Assembly (NCBI GenBank): GCA_051294375.1
Contig: CM119266.1
Span: 13,642,735-13,706,734 of the forward strand
Length of the DNA stretch: 64,000 bases
Source of the DNA: Paraspadella gotoi
Lineage: Eukaryota > Animalia > Chaetognatha
Direction: 5' to 3'
The notes under the pieces were generated by a model that ran no database searches, was not told the origin of the DNA, and saw only the letters and a list, made by a program, of their open reading frames with translations. The position numbers and the translations under genes are program-made. Of this stretch, positions 25,680 to 39,600 are shown piece by piece. The first letter of the stretch is position 1. Every line of letters begins with the position of its first letter.

Positions 25680-27963
25680 CATTTTTTTTCCCATTCCGCT
25701 TTTTATTCGGAATTCAATCGCAGTTTACATAAAATTATAATCGTTTCTCTCTCGATATTTTTTTTTCTTCCCGTTCGTAATAATGTAATTTTATCCTCGT
25801 ATTTTTAATTGCGTTTTCCTCTTCAAATCTACGGCGTGAATCGAAGTTAAACTCTGCTCTTTTTTTTTCTTTTTTTCTCTTCTTTTTTTTATTTCTTCTA
25901 ACAATTAAGCGCAAAAGGTTACGGGGTACGTTACTTTTTGGCACTAAGTAAAAAGCGAATGTTATAAGATCCCACTGTACATTTATATTTAATAAAAAAA
26001 AAATTTCTATTTAATTTTAGTTTTGTTTTACTTTTTAACTTAAACCGTAAAGAAAACGCATTTTATGTCATTTTCATTAAATTCATTTCAATCTCAATTC
26101 GGCTCAATTACTCTCGCCTTACAATTTTTTGGCGATTCCCGGATCAATACTACCTATAGCCATCATACTTACGATACTACTATCCGGAATCCTTCGCCTG
26201 ATAAGACACGCGATACTTTGGATTTTATTATTCTGGCATTACTTCTGGACTAACGGCGATTTCGCCCCGCCTCCTCCCCTCGTCATCGGCGCTGGACACA
26301 ATGTCTCTGGCAAATTGGCGGTTTGCATTGCCGCGTGCCTTCCCGCCCGAGATGTCTTTCGCCTCACCAGCCATCCCCTCATTCTCCTCGAAATTGGCGA
26401 GGACTCTACCCCATTCGTTCGTCCCGCTTCGCTGCTTTTTGTAACTTGCTGCGTGAATTCGAAAGGTTAGACCTTCGGCTTCTTTCGGTTTATGGGCTTA
26501 GGAATTGCTTTTTTTGCCACGGCGGCGTTTTGGCTTATAGAGGCAGGGCTTGGCAAGGGGATAAACTAACCTGAGTACCTGAGCTTTTGGAAGGGAAGGA
26601 GTGAAAGGGTAGAAATATTTAAATTCATTTATCTAGACTATGTTCTTCCTAAACAAGTAAAATCTGAGTATCGAAAGATTTCCGATGTCGTAGCGTGATA
26701 AGATCGATGTCCTCATTTTCACTGCTCAACCTCATCGGAGTGATTAGATGCGCTTACGAACTTATGACAACAAATAACGATCTACATCCTTCTCTTCAAT
26801 GATCACGACGTCATTATCCTCTATTGATGCGGAAAAAAAACCAGCCCTTTGCCCTTGTGGAGAAAACGAAAGTCGAAGATTTCTTGAAACTCGGATCGTC
26901 TTCACTTTTTTTCTACGCGCGTCGACGTCGTTTTAATGGGCTCTCGGTCTACCGTTCCACCGGTCGTAGTATTAAGAGAGCAGTGCATAATTGTTATATT
27001 TTTAGTTGACAGAAACCGTTCATATAAGCAGTCCTTGGACGGTTTCGATCAGGCTGTACGCCGAAGTACATATGGGTTAAGCGTCCCCGTCCCCTCTTAC
27101 TGCTAGGAACGACCACTGGGCTAGAACCCGGACCTCTGGGTTGGGAGGCGAATGACTTGCCTGCCGGCACAATGGCCGCTGCATGAACAGGTTGGGTGAT
27201 TTAGTCCACCATAGTATCACTGCGTTTAATTCAACCTGATTTTTTTCATTGTTCGTCGAGGCGGCGAAGCGATTCTAAATCTCTTTGTTCTATTTCTTCA
27301 CCTTCCTTTTCTCAATTCATTCTTTCTTTATTTCGTTATTTTCTGGCCGGGGGAGGTCGATATAAAACGAGGCCTGAGCCACGGACCTGCTGCGTTATAT
27401 TTTTGGGTCAGGACAGGTCTCGTACTGATCCGTCGATTCTCGGAGCGTTACAAATAATTAAACTATTATCTAATATTTATAATCGGCAATTTAACTGGCC
27501 ACCGCCTAAAAACTAATAAAATTAGAAGGCATCTTGTAAGCGTTTATAATTACATAATATAAAACTTCGCTAAAAAAAAATTTTATTTATCGGTACTTTA
27601 CAATTATTTTGCACGCGTCTTCTTCAGCTTATTTACGAGGTAGTGGAAAAAGTTATCTTGCAGCTCCTTCCATCAACGAAGATTAATACGGTCGATATGA
27701 ACATAAAAAGATAAGTAACAATACTGAAAAAAAATTAATGTTCGAAGTAAAGTCAACACATCGCATATGAATTAAAAAAAAAAGCCCCAACTCATCTCTC
27801 TAACCGCCTTAATTAATTATCCTCGCTAAGATTAAACAAGCTTTTTTTCCATCGACATCCTTCGTTGTAAATTTATATAAAGAAAAAAGTTTTAGCAAAA
27901 ACAAAAAAAATATATTAGACGGTAGGTTCCTTCGGCTTTGATATATCTGAGAGGCAACATAAC
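25680..27963 (+). repeat. Segment T; reverse-complement copy at ~40808-43079
   Basis: 27910-27963 matches 40808-40865 and 25680-25740 matches 43020-43079 as reverse complements. The copies differ by frequent indels. Confidence 0.9.
27109..27179 (-). pseudogene. tRNA-like sequence (tRNA-derived SINE head or tRNA pseudogene), duplicate copy
   Basis: Reverse complement of 41599-41670 within duplicated segment T. Confidence 0.55.
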
Positions 27964-29819
27964 CGACCTTCCTTTTGACGTGCGACGACTTTTTTTTTTT
28001 TTTTTGTAATTTACTCTCACAGCCTGCAACTCCACCGCCCCCCCTCCCTCAACTATCTCCGTTCTCTGTCACCCAATCTAAAAACGCCGCAACCCAAGTG
28101 TAATCTAATCTCGAAAGCGCGGGCTTTCTCTTCCCTCCCCCCCGAAACTTTTCTTTCCCTTCAGTCTCGGCCCGGTTCGCGCCGCGTTCGCATCGCGACC
28201 GCCGGGATCTGGGGTTGATCCAATCTCGAGCTCGCCGACTATGAAACACCGTGGCGGTTGCAGCGCGGGGCGGCAGGTGAAGGCATCCGTGGCGGCGGCA
28301 GCAGCAGCAAGTGGCTTGCTGCAACTGGCGGGTGTGAGATGAGTTCGAGTAAGGTTATAGGGTTGGTAATGATTTGGCGCAGGTAAGCGGCCTTGTGGGC
28401 CTCCTGTCTCTCTCTCTCATTTCTTTCTCATCGGGCATTCATTATGTGTAAACCGGGCGGGGATTTCCGAGCGCTACCGGCAATGTCGGTCGGCCCTTTT
28501 CGAGGCCCGCGCCACCGTTTTGCAGACGGAAATGTTTCGAGTTTCGGAACAAGGGGAGGAATAGGAAAGAAGCTAAGAATACAGAAACCTTTTTGTCAGG
28601 TGACAGGATGACGTCAAGGCCGCCAGTTTTTTCATCTGTTTTTTTCGTCGTCCACTTCCAAATTGCGAACAAGCATATATGCTTTTTTCGATGCTTCTCA
28701 AACGAGACGAACAATCCGTTAAACAATCAGTCATCCAATCAACATCACGCTACCATCACGAAAAACATTGAACGACGACCAGGCAAACGAACGCGACAAT
28801 AAAAAGGCATTTCCGGAAATTGAGATCCAGGGGAGAAAAAAAAAGCCGGTTACTCTATCGTTGTTTCCGTGGGCTCCTTTTTTTCTCTCTCTTCCTTCCC
28901 CCCCCTTTTTGTCCCCTTGGCTTAACATCGACTCCTTCAACTAATCATTAAACCTTACCATTCACTCTTCGGCACTTTTCCCCGCCTACTTTTCCCAAAC
29001 CCCGCCCTTCCCCGGGGCCACGCCGTGCCGTTTGCCCGTGTACGCCCTCAATCCGCTGTCACGAGTCACGCGATACAAGAAAGAGTACTTGTAGTCGTTT
29101 CGCACACTCGATCGGGAGGCGCTACAGTCTTCGACAATTCGTCACTCCCATACACCACAAACACTTAAGATACCTCTACAGCCTCATATCGCAACTAAAG
29201 CTCTTCCCACCCAACACCTGCCTTGTTGGCTATTATATGGTCGCGCGATCGATCCCTCTTACGTTATCGACTTTTTTTTTTATTGTCAAACCAAGGGCTT
29301 CGTCAAACCCAACGGTTTTCGCGACGACGCGAACTATAAATAGAATTTTTATTCTTAGATATGTTCGAGGCAGATGGCGACGGTTATTGTCGAAACTTTC
29401 CGGCGTGGAGTTAATTGATCGGTCAATGGTAAGTTTGCTTTTGCGAAGAGATTTTATGTTAAAAATTTCGTTATTTTGGAATAGTTGTTTTTTTATTGCT
29501 TCGATTGTTTTAGTCGGTATCTGCTTATTCGCAGATCCCGACTTCTATAACTGGCGACTTTTTCGGTCCGTCGGTCCGGCCCCCTCAATATTTGTCGGGC
29601 AACAGGAAGTTACTTAGATATGTGTGGACTGGATGACAGTGAAATTAGGTTGACACTTGATATCATAGTAGAACAATCGAATTATGATAATTATGGCAAA
29701 AAAAATGAATGTCCTCCGTCCGTCTGTTCTGTCCGTCCGTCCGTGACCAGTCCGTCCCACCATTTAGGCAAAAAACTCCAAATTTACTCCGTGATTGGAT
29801 GGATGGCATTGGTATGAAG

Positions 29820-31670
29820 ATTTTTGTGTGTGGGGTAGGAAACTGTGTGATTGAGATGGATAGAAGTCTTCGAGGGAATCGTGCGAGTGGAAATTGGTTT
29901 AAATGGAAAGAAACATAAAAAAATATATTTCAGGCTATTTGAACGCCAATTTAGCTGCATGAGTGGATAGTGCAAGTTGACCTTGAAATTTTGTACTGAT
30001 GGTAGGAAAGGTGTGATTGAGCCGGATATAAAGTTTTCGATGGAATCCAGTGCGAGTGAAATGAAGTAAAATGGACAAAAAACAAACGTCATAATTTACT
30101 TGAGAAGTATTTTTACTTGTAAATTTGCCAGCTCATACTTATTTTGTTTGATTAAAAAATTGGATAATAAGGTCGAGGAATTGAATTTTGTGTGTGGGGT
30201 AGGGAAAGATATGAATACTAGAGACTGGGATAAAATTTATTTGATGGAATCGTCAGGAGTTGGAAAAGAGTGTCAATTAGAGAAAGAAACCAAGAAAGAC
30301 ACATTTATTTGTAATTGTTTTTCAAAAGTTTCTCATCTCTCTCTTCTGACTTTGATTTTGATTGATTGACCAAAATTATGCTAATTGACCAAATTATGCA
30401 GTTGACCAGTATTCTGGGCAATTAATCAAAGTTTTGCAAGTTGACACAATTATGCTGTTGACAACTAAATTAGGCTACGCTAGTTGATAAAGATCTATGC
30501 CCAGTTAAACCAAAATAAATGCCGGTTGACCAATTATGCTTAATTGATCAATTATGTCAGTTGAGCCAATTATGTCCAGTTGACCCAAGATTATGTCAGT
30601 AGAGGTACGACCAAATTAATGGTCAGTTACCACAGTTATTTCAGTTGAGCCTTCCAAATGATTATCAAGTTGATTTAAATTAATGCAAGTTGAGAACCTA
30701 GATAGCTTATTAACCCGACTTAATTATGCGGGATTGACAGACCGGCTGAATTTTGTCTGTGACGGTAGAAAAAATAGGTGTGATGATTGAAACAGGAAAC
30801 CAAGTTTCGAGTGTGAATCTTTTTGAGTGGAAATGAGGTGTAAAGTGGAAAAAACAAAAAACCGTGTGTTCGACTAATTGATCTATGCTTCATTTTTTCC
30901 TTTTATTAATTGTAAATTTGTATAATGCAGCGATGGTATTAAATAGTCAAAATCGAGATTAATCAGTAATTAAGTTCAATTAGGTCAAGTTAATTAATCA
31001 AATGAATTAACTTAATCAGTGTCAATCAATCCGTCCATAGTGCGTGTCCGTCCACCACCTTAGCAAAAAGTCCCAATAAGCCTTCGTGATTTGGCTGGTT
31101 GGATTGAAATGAAATTTTGTGGTGGGTAGAAAGTGTGGTGGGGAGTGTGTGGAATAAAGCCAGCTGGATATAAAGTTTCGATCGGAATCGTGTGAGTGGA
31201 AATGAGCTTTATAGTGTGGAAAAAACATAAGTGCGCATTTACTAGAAGATCTTTTTTAACTTATTTTAAACAGGCATTTACAGTATTGTCTAATTAATTG
31301 TGTGTGTTACGTACATGCAGGACGAAGTAGATTGCGAGGGTGGATAGGAGGATGCTGTGGTGTAGTTCTGTCGGTAGAGGGTTGTTGAGATTTGTTTGTT
31401 GGGGTAGGAAGAATATGTGTATCGATGCTTGATATAAAGTTTCGGTGAAGCGTACGAGTGGAGAATGAGTTTAAAATGAAAAGAAATATAAAAATATGAG
31501 TCACATTTACTTGAATCTTTTTACCTTATTTTAACCTATAATAGATCTGAGATGAAATTGTTGTGAGAGAGGGACAAGTGTGTGAAAAGAGCCTAGATAT
31601 AAAGAGTTTGGACGGAATTGTGCTCATAGTGGAAATGAGTTTAAAATGAAGAAAAGAAAAAGTCACATTT
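29820..31670 (+). repeat. ~7 degenerate copies of a ~110-bp unit (central repeats of the HINE)
   Basis: Motif TTTTGTGTGTGGGGTAGGAA..GGATATAAAGTTTCGATGGAATCGTGCGAGTGGAAATGAG recurs at ~29820, 29990, 30185, 30750, 31115, 31390 and 31560. Confidence 0.75.
30365..30740 (+). repeat. ~17-bp minisatellite (GTTGACCAAATTATGCA-like) inside the HINE
   Basis: Many tandem variants of ttgaccaaattatg(c/t)ag. Confidence 0.75.
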
Positions 31671-31747
31671 ACTTGAAGGCAGAAAAATGATACAGGAGTT
31701 AAAAAAACTCCAAAAGGCATCAATTTGATCGTCGGCAATTGTTGCAA

Positions 31748-31827
<80 letters not shown>

Positions 31828-34171
31828 AAGTAAAATGATAGATAAGGATCGTCGCAATTTCAAAGAGAGAGAGAAGAGAAGAGAGGAGAGAGAGAGAAGA
31901 AGAGAGAGAAAATAGAAAGAGAGAGAGTCCGAGATAAAAATTAGCGAATAAAAAAGGTGTTTTATTTTGACTCACTTGAATAAATACTTAAGAAATACTT
32001 TCAACAATACATAAATTGATAAATTATTATTTACGCGAGTACATTGTTTAATCACATGCAAGTATACCCTAGTAAGGTACGCCTATACATTCTAGTACAG
32101 GCGGGCCAAAATTAACTATTTTTATAACTCGTTCTAGTTCTAAATTTCTTTTTTCTTTACTACTGAAAGTTTCGATTTTGCAAATATATGACTTTGTGTG
32201 AATTAGTTCATTTGGGGTTGTTGCACTGAATGCTTTTAAATTTTAATTACATATACTAGAATAATATAGTAAAGGTGATTGACGGTAAGATTGGTGCCAG
32301 GAAAAATGAGTTTGAGATGAAAAGAACATAAGTCAGCATTTATCTTGAATCTTTAATATACTAAATAAATGTTTTAATTAATTAATGAAATTTAATTAAT
32401 TAATTAATTAATGTGAAAAAAATGATGCAAGTTAAAAAAATCTGAAAAGCATAAAGATCGTCGCAATTGCAGAAAAAGAGAGAGAAGAGAGGAGAGAAGA
32501 CGAGAGAGAGCAGACAGAGAGAGAGAGAGAGAGAGAGTGAGTGAGAGAGAGAGAGGGAAGGAGCATTAAAATAAAATAGAGGATATTTGTTTTGTTTTGA
32601 TAAAATGTAAACAAACATATTTAATACTGTCCTAAACCCAATTATTAAGGACACGATGATGATAAGTTGAAATATTAAATTTTAAAATTAATTATTACAT
32701 ATTAAAATTAATTAATTAATTAATTAATTATCGATTAAGTTAATTAATTATTAATTATCCCGTAGGCAGATCCGACATTGTTTGGCTCAAACTTGATTTT
32801 TTCATGAAGCTTGCCTATATTTATTGTTCTGTTAGTATTAATTTTGGTTCAAACAGTATTTATAAGAAATTAACGATTATAGCCTTTTTTTTTCATTGTA
32901 AGTTAAAAACAACTTTGCTCTTTTGTTCAAAGAATATAAACTTTTAAAAAATCTTAAAAATGGCAAAACGGTTAAACCTATGATATCAGTAAGAAATGTT
33001 AAATAATAGCATGAATAGTTGTTGAATAAAATAAATTAACGATAGAATCGATCCCGTCTCCTGCCGATGTTCGCTTTTTTTTTCGATTATCTTTGCGTTT
33101 GTCCCAAGAAATTCTTCACTATATTTTCTTCGCCTTCGGGAATGCATACTGCGAGTATGGCTACGGTGCGAATCGAAGAGGGCGTTCATTCCACTTCTTC
33201 GTCGTCATCATTATGATCATGAAATCGGTCCGTCGGGGATGAAGCTTTCGACGAATGCTAATCTTCAGTCTTTTCTTGTTCTTTCTGTCGGTCTTTCTGT
33301 TCTTAACTGTACTTTCTCTTCTCGTCTCTCTCATCGTCCGTCTCTCTCTCGTCTCTAAAGCTCTCTGACTCCCACGTTCTGCTGCTCCGATGTAATCTCT
33401 CTCTCTCGTTCCGTCTCAGTCTCTCTCTCTCTCTCTGTCTGCTCCGGCTCTCTCTCCCTCCTCTCGTCTCTCGTATCCTCTGCCGCCTTCTCTCATCATT
33501 TTTAGATCCTTCTCGCTTTCCCTAAGAACGCGCTGCTTTCGGCAGAGACGCGCCGACCAGTTGCTCGCATTCGAGTCTCGGCGTAGTCGGGCGTCGGCGT
33601 CGTCAAACACGCGCGAAGCGTGACGCGTTCTACTCGCGACTATCCGGCGCAGAGGAATGAACGCGAAAAAAAACGGAAGATAAATCTTCGGCCTGGGAAT
33701 TCTAACTCTTATTTATTTTTCTATATTTTCTTTACTTTATTTTCTTGTTTCTTTGGGTTTACTCTTCTTTGTTTATTTGTTTATTTTTTTTTCGCTTTCT
33801 TATTTATTTCTCTCTTTTTTCTTTCTATTCTGTATTTTAATTTCTTTTCAAAATTTTTCATTTTATTCTTTTTCTTACTTTTTGCCATGGCTTCGTTTAT
33901 CTGTTTTTCTTTATTTATTGATTTTAGTCATCGTATCGTTTCTGTCTCACCTTATTTGCTCTTCTTTCATTCTTTCAGTCTTCATATAATCTAAGGAACA
34001 GGTAATCAATTTCTTCCCAGCCGATTCTCTCTGCGTCTCTTTTTCGGACATGTCGACAATTACGATTCAATTCTGTCTTACTCTCTCTCTCTCTCCCTCT
34101 CTCTCTCGTCTCTCATCTCCTCTCGTCTCTCTCTCTCCTTCTCTCTCTTCTCTCGTAGCCGTCTCTATCAC

Positions 34172-34175
<4 letters not shown>

Positions 34176-34210
<35 letters not shown>

Positions 34211-34787
34211 TGAATTGTATTGTCGATTTGTCGAAAAAAGAGACGAGAGAAGAATCGGTGGGAAGAAATTGATGACCTGGTCCTTAGATTATATGAAGAC
34301 TGAAAGAATGAAAGAGAGAAATAAGGCGAGACAGAAAGAATACGAGGACTAAAATCAATAAAAGAAAAAAAATAACAGATAAACGAAGCCATGGAAAAAG
34401 TGAGAAAAAGAAATAAAATGAAAATTTGAAAAAGAAAATTAAACTACAGAATAGAAAAGAAAAAAAAAGAGAGAAATAAATAAAGAAAGAGAAAAAATAA
34501 ACAAATAAACAAAGAAGTAAACAAAGAAACAAAAATAAAGAAAGAAAATAATAATAAATAAAGTTAGAATCCCAGGCGAAGATTATCTTCCGTTTTTCGC
34601 GTTCATCCTCTGCGCCGGAAGTCGCGAAGTAGAACGCGTCACGCTTCGCGCGTGTTTGACGACGCGACGCGACGACGCGCGAGACTCGAATGCGAGCAAC
34701 TTGGTGGCGGTCGAAGCAGTCGCGTTCTAGGGAAAGCGAGAGAGGATTAAAATGAGAGAGAGAGGGGGAGAGATAGAGAGAGAGAGG

Positions 34788-34864
<77 letters not shown>

Positions 34865-36604
34865 TAAGTAAGAAAGAAAGAAAGAAAGAAAGAAAAAGAG
34901 AGATTAGATTTCGTCGAAGGCTTCATCCCCGACGACGATCATGATCATAATGATGACGACGAAGAAGTGGAAATGAACGCCCTCTCGATTCGCCCCGAGA
35001 ATCGAGTAATGATTCCCGAAGGCGAAGAAAATATAGTGAAGAATTTCTTGGGACAAACGCAAAGATAATCGAAAAAAAAAAGAACATCGGCAGGAGACGG
35101 ATCGATCTATCGTTAATTTATTTTTTATTCAACAACTATCATGGCCTATTATTTTAACATCTACTGATATAATAGGTTTAACCGTTTTGCCATTTTTAAG
35201 ATTTTTTAAAAGTTTATTTCTTTGAAAAAGAGAAAGTTTTTTAACTTACAATGAAAAAAAGCAATAATCGTTAATTTCTTATAAATACTGTTTGAACCAA
35301 ATTAATACTAAACAGAACAATAAATATAGGCAAGTTATGAAAAAAAAATCGAAGCAATAAAAAACCAACTATTCCAAAATAACGATAATTTTTTAACATA
35401 AAATCTCTGACGCAAAAGCAACTACCATTGACGTCAATAACTCCACGCCGGAAGTTTCGACAATAACGTCGCCATCTGCCGCGAACATATCGAAGAATAA
35501 AAATTCTATTTATAGTTCGGTCGTCGGAAAACCGTTGGGTTGACAGCCCTTGTTTGCAAAAAAAAAAAAGTCGATAACGAGGGGCGATCGGACCAATGAA
35601 AGCCATAAAGGGGTCTTGGGGGAAGAGCTTTAGTTCGATTTGAGGCTGAGAGGTATTTAAGGTTTGGGGTGATGGGAGAATGTAGACTGTAGGCCTCCGA
35701 TCGAGCGAAACACTACAAGTCTCTTTCTTTAGCGTGACTCGTGACAGCGGATTGAGGGGCGGGCAAACGGCCGCGTGGCCCCGGGAAGGGGGTTTGGGAA
35801 AAGTAGGGGGGAAAAGTGCCGAAGAGTGAATGGAAGGTTTAATGATAGTTGAAGGAGTCGATGTTAAGCCAAGGGAAAAAGGGGGGGGAAGGAAGAGAGA
35901 GAAAAAAAAGGAGCCCCACGAAACAACGATAGAAAGAACCGGCTTTTTTTTTTCTCCCGCTGGATCTCAATTTCCGGGAAATGCCTTTTTTATTGTCGCG
36001 TTCGTTGCGGTGGTCGTCGTCAATGTTTTTCGTGATTGGTAGCGTTGATTGTTGATTGGTGACTGATTGTTTTAACGATTGTTGTCTCGTTTTGAGAAGC
36101 ATCGAAAAAGCATAAATGCTTGTTCGCAATTTGAAGTGGACGACGAAAAACAGATGAAAAACTGGCGGGCCTTGAACGTCATCCTTTTCACCTGACAAAA
36201 AGGTTTCTTATTCTTGCTGTCTTTTCCTATCCTCTCCCATTGTTCGAAACTCGAAACATTCCGTCGCAAACGGTGGGCGGGGCTCGAAAAGGGCCGACCC
36301 GACATTGGGTAAGGTCGAAATCCCCGCCTCGGTTTTCCACATAATGAATGCCGATGAGAAAGAAATAGAGAGAGAGAGAGGCCCACAAGGCGCTTACCCT
36401 GCGCCAAATCATTACCAACCCTAAACCCTTACTCGAACTCATTCACACCCGCCAGTGTGAGCAAGCCACTGCTGCTGCTGCCGCCGCCACGGATGCCTTC
36501 ACTGCCGCCCCCGCTGCAACCGCCACGGTGTTCATAGTCGCGAGCTCGAGATTGGATCAACCCCAGATCCCGGCGGCGCGAGCGAACGCGCGCGAACCCG
36601 GGCC
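34176..36604 (-). repeat. Segments V-U in reverse orientation (cleanest copy, empty HINE site)
   Basis: Reverse complement of ~36830-39290, and of ~28170-29510 joined to 32797-34080. Confidence 0.9.
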
Positions 36605-36629
36605 NNNNNNNNNNNNNNNNNNNNNNNNN

Positions 36630-39600
36630 CCGACCTTCCTTTTTTGACGCAGTCGAGACACTTTTTTTTTTTTTTGTAATTTCTCTCACAGCAACTCACA
36701 CCGCCCCCCCTCCCTGCAACATCCTTCTCTTTCACCCAATCAAAAACGCCCGCAACCCAAGTGTAATCTAAATCTTCGAAAGCCGCGGGCTCCTTCCCCC
36801 CCCCCCCAAGCATCCTTTTTTCTTTCCCTCTCCACTCATCGGCCCGGGGTTCTGCGCCGCGTTCGCTCGGCGCGCCGGGATCTGGGGTTGTGCCAGATCT
36901 CGAGCTCGCGACTATGAACACCGTGGCGGTTGCACGCGGGCGGGCAGTGAAGGCCATCCCGTGGCGGCCGGGCAGCCAGCAGCAGTGTGCTTGCTCACAC
37001 TGGCGGGTGGATGAATGAAGTTTTCGAGTAAGGGTTTGGGTTGGTAATGATTTGGCCGCAGGTAAGCGCGCCTTTGTGGGCCTGCTCTTCGTCTCTCTAT
37101 TTCTTTCTCATCAGGCAGTTTCATTTATGTGGAAAACGAGGCGGGGATTTCGACATACCTCCCACAATAGTCGGTCGGCCGTTTTCGGAGGCCCCGCCCC
37201 ACCGTTGTTGCGACGGAATGTTTCGGAGTTCTCGAACAATGGGGAGGATAGGAAAAGAAGCAAGAATAAGAAACCTTATTTTGTCAGGTGAACAGGATGA
37301 CGTTCAAGGCCGCCAGTTTTTCATCTGTTTTTTCGTCGATTCCACTTCCAAATTGCGAACCAATGCATTGTATGCTTTTTTCGATGCTTCTCAAACGAGA
37401 CAACACTCGTTAAACAATCAGTCACCATCAACCATCAACGCTACCATCACGAAAAACATTGACGACGACCAGGCAACGAACGCGACAATAAAAAAGGCAT
37501 TTCCGAGGAAATTGTATAGAATCCAGGGGAGAAAAAAAAGCCGGTTCTTTCTATCGTTGTTTCGTGGGGCTCCTTTTTTTTCTCTCTCTTCCTTCCCCCC
37601 CCTTTTTCCCTTGGCTTAACATCGACTCCTTCAACTATCATTAAACCTTCCATTCACTCTTCGGCACTTTTCCCCCCTACTTTTCCCAAACCCCCTTCCC
37701 GGGGCCACGCGGCCGTTTGCCCGCCCCTCAATCCGCTGTCACGAGTCACGCTAAAGAAAGAGACTTGTAGTGTTTCGCTCGATCGGAGGCCTACAGTCTA
37801 CATTCTCCCATCACCCCAAACCTTAAATACCTCTCAGCCTCAAATCGAACTAAAGCTCTTCCCCCAAGACCCCTTTATGGCTTTCATTGGTCCGATCGCC
37901 CCTCGTTATCGACTTTTTTTTTTTTGCAAACAAGGGCTGTCAACCCAACGTTTTCCGACGACGCGAACTATAATTAGAATTTTTTCTTAGATATGTTCGA
38001 GGGCAAGATGGCGACTTATTGTCGATAACTTTCCGGCGTGGAGTTAATTGACGGTGTCAATGGTAGTTGCTTTTGCGTAAGAGATTTTATGTTAAAAATT
38101 TCTTATTTTGGAATAGTTGGTTTTTTATTGCTTCGATTTTTTTTTCATAACTTGCTATTTTTGTTCTGTTTAGTATTAATTGGTTTCAACGTATTTATAA
38201 GAATTAACGATTATTGCTTTTTTTCGATTGTAAGTTAAAAACTTTCTCTTTTTCAAGAAATAACTTTAAAAAATCTTAAAAATGGCAAACGGTAAACCTA
38301 TTATATAGTAGATGTTAAATAATAGCCATGATAGTTGTTGAATAAAAAATAAATTACGATAGATCGATCGTCTCCTGCCGATGTTCTTTTTTTTTTTTCG
38401 ATTATCTTTGCGTTTGTCCCCAACGAATTTTCATATATTTTCTTCGCCTTCGGGATAATTACTCGATTCGGGGCGATCGAGAAGGCGTTCATTTCCATTC
38501 TCGTCGTATCATTATGATATATCGTCGTCGGGGAATGAAGCCTTCGACGAAATCTAATCTCTCTTTTTCTTTCTTTCTTTCTTTCTTTCTTTATCGCTCT
38601 TCTCTTCTCTCTCTCTCGCTCTCTCTTCTCTCTCTTCTCTCTTCTCTCTCTCTCTCTCTCTCTCGTCTCTCTCACCCTGCTTCTCTCTATCTCTCCCTCT
38701 CTGCTCTGCATTTTAATCCTCTCTCGCTTTCCCTAGAACGCGACTGCTTCGACCGCCAGCCAGTTGCTCGGCATTCGAGCTCGCGCGTCGTCGGTCGCGT
38801 CGTCAAAGCACCGGAAGCGTGACGCGTTCTAATCTCGGACTTCCGGGCGCGAGGATGAACGCGAAAAACGGAAGATAATCTTCGCCTGGGATTCTAACTT
38901 TTTTAAATTATTTTTCTTTCTTTATTTTTTCTTGTTTACTTCTTTGTTTTTTGTTTATTTTTTTCCTTCTTTAATTTAAATTTCTCTCTTTTTTTTTTCT
39001 TTTCTATTCTGTAGTTAAGTTTTCTTTTTCAAATTTTCATTTTATTTTCTTTTCTCGACTTTTTCCATGGCTTCGTTTATCTGTTATTTTTTTTTCTTTT
39101 ATTGTTTTTAGTCCTGTATTCTTTTCTGTCTCGCCTTATTCTCTCTTTCCATTCCTTTCAGTCTTTCATAATAATCCTAGGACCAGGGTTCCATTTTCTT
39201 CCCCACGATTCTTCTCCGTTCTCTTTCTCGTTCTTTTTTTTTTTTTTTTTTTCCGACAATAGATCGACAACTAATATTCAATTTCTCCTCTCTCTCTTCT
39301 CTCTCTCTCTCTCTCTGCTCCTCCTCTCTTTCTCTCTGCAATTTCACATGCGCCGCTATTTGTTGAATTGTGGCATTTTACGCTTCCATTACTTCGCGTT
39401 TCTCGCGTTTCGTGTCTCAGACAACAAAAGTCGAACCGAAATACTTTCTCTTCAGAATTCGAATGGAAGAAAGAGGAAGGAAAGGAAAAAAGTCGGAAAT
39501 GTTAAAAATTTTTAATTTTTAAAAATCAAAATGTTTTCTACTTTGACATAAAAATCACGATCAAGGACAAGTCGCCTTGGATTTAAGAAAAATTATATAA

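Larger units (their letters stand above)
29512..32796 (+). mobile_element. DINE-1/HINE-type non-autonomous Helentron (rolling-circle) element
   Basis: 5' subTIR AGTCGGTATCTGC (29512-29524) followed by its inverted copy GCAGATCCCGACT (29531-29543). (GTCC/GTCT)n tract at ~29711-29757 and central tandem repeats. 3' subTIR GCAGATCCGAC (32766-32776), then stem-loop GTTTG-GCT-CAAAC (32780-32792). Inserted in a T-run with no TSD; empty site visible at 38137-38145 and 35340-35348. Confidence 0.8.
27964..34170 (+). repeat. Segments U+V, noisy copy carrying the 3.3-kb HINE insertion
   Basis: Direct copy without the insertion at 36630-39300; reverse-complement copy at 34176-36604. Confidence 0.9.

Noticed and set aside
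30365-30740. CRISPR-like regular repeats
   Set aside because: Eukaryotic context and no unique spacers; it is a minisatellite.
34080-34210. Foldback apex as a possible hairpin telomere or SMRTbell adapter
   Set aside because: No adapter core (CCTCCTCCTCCGTTGTTGTTG) is present. The turn is a CT/GA microsatellite at an assembly join.
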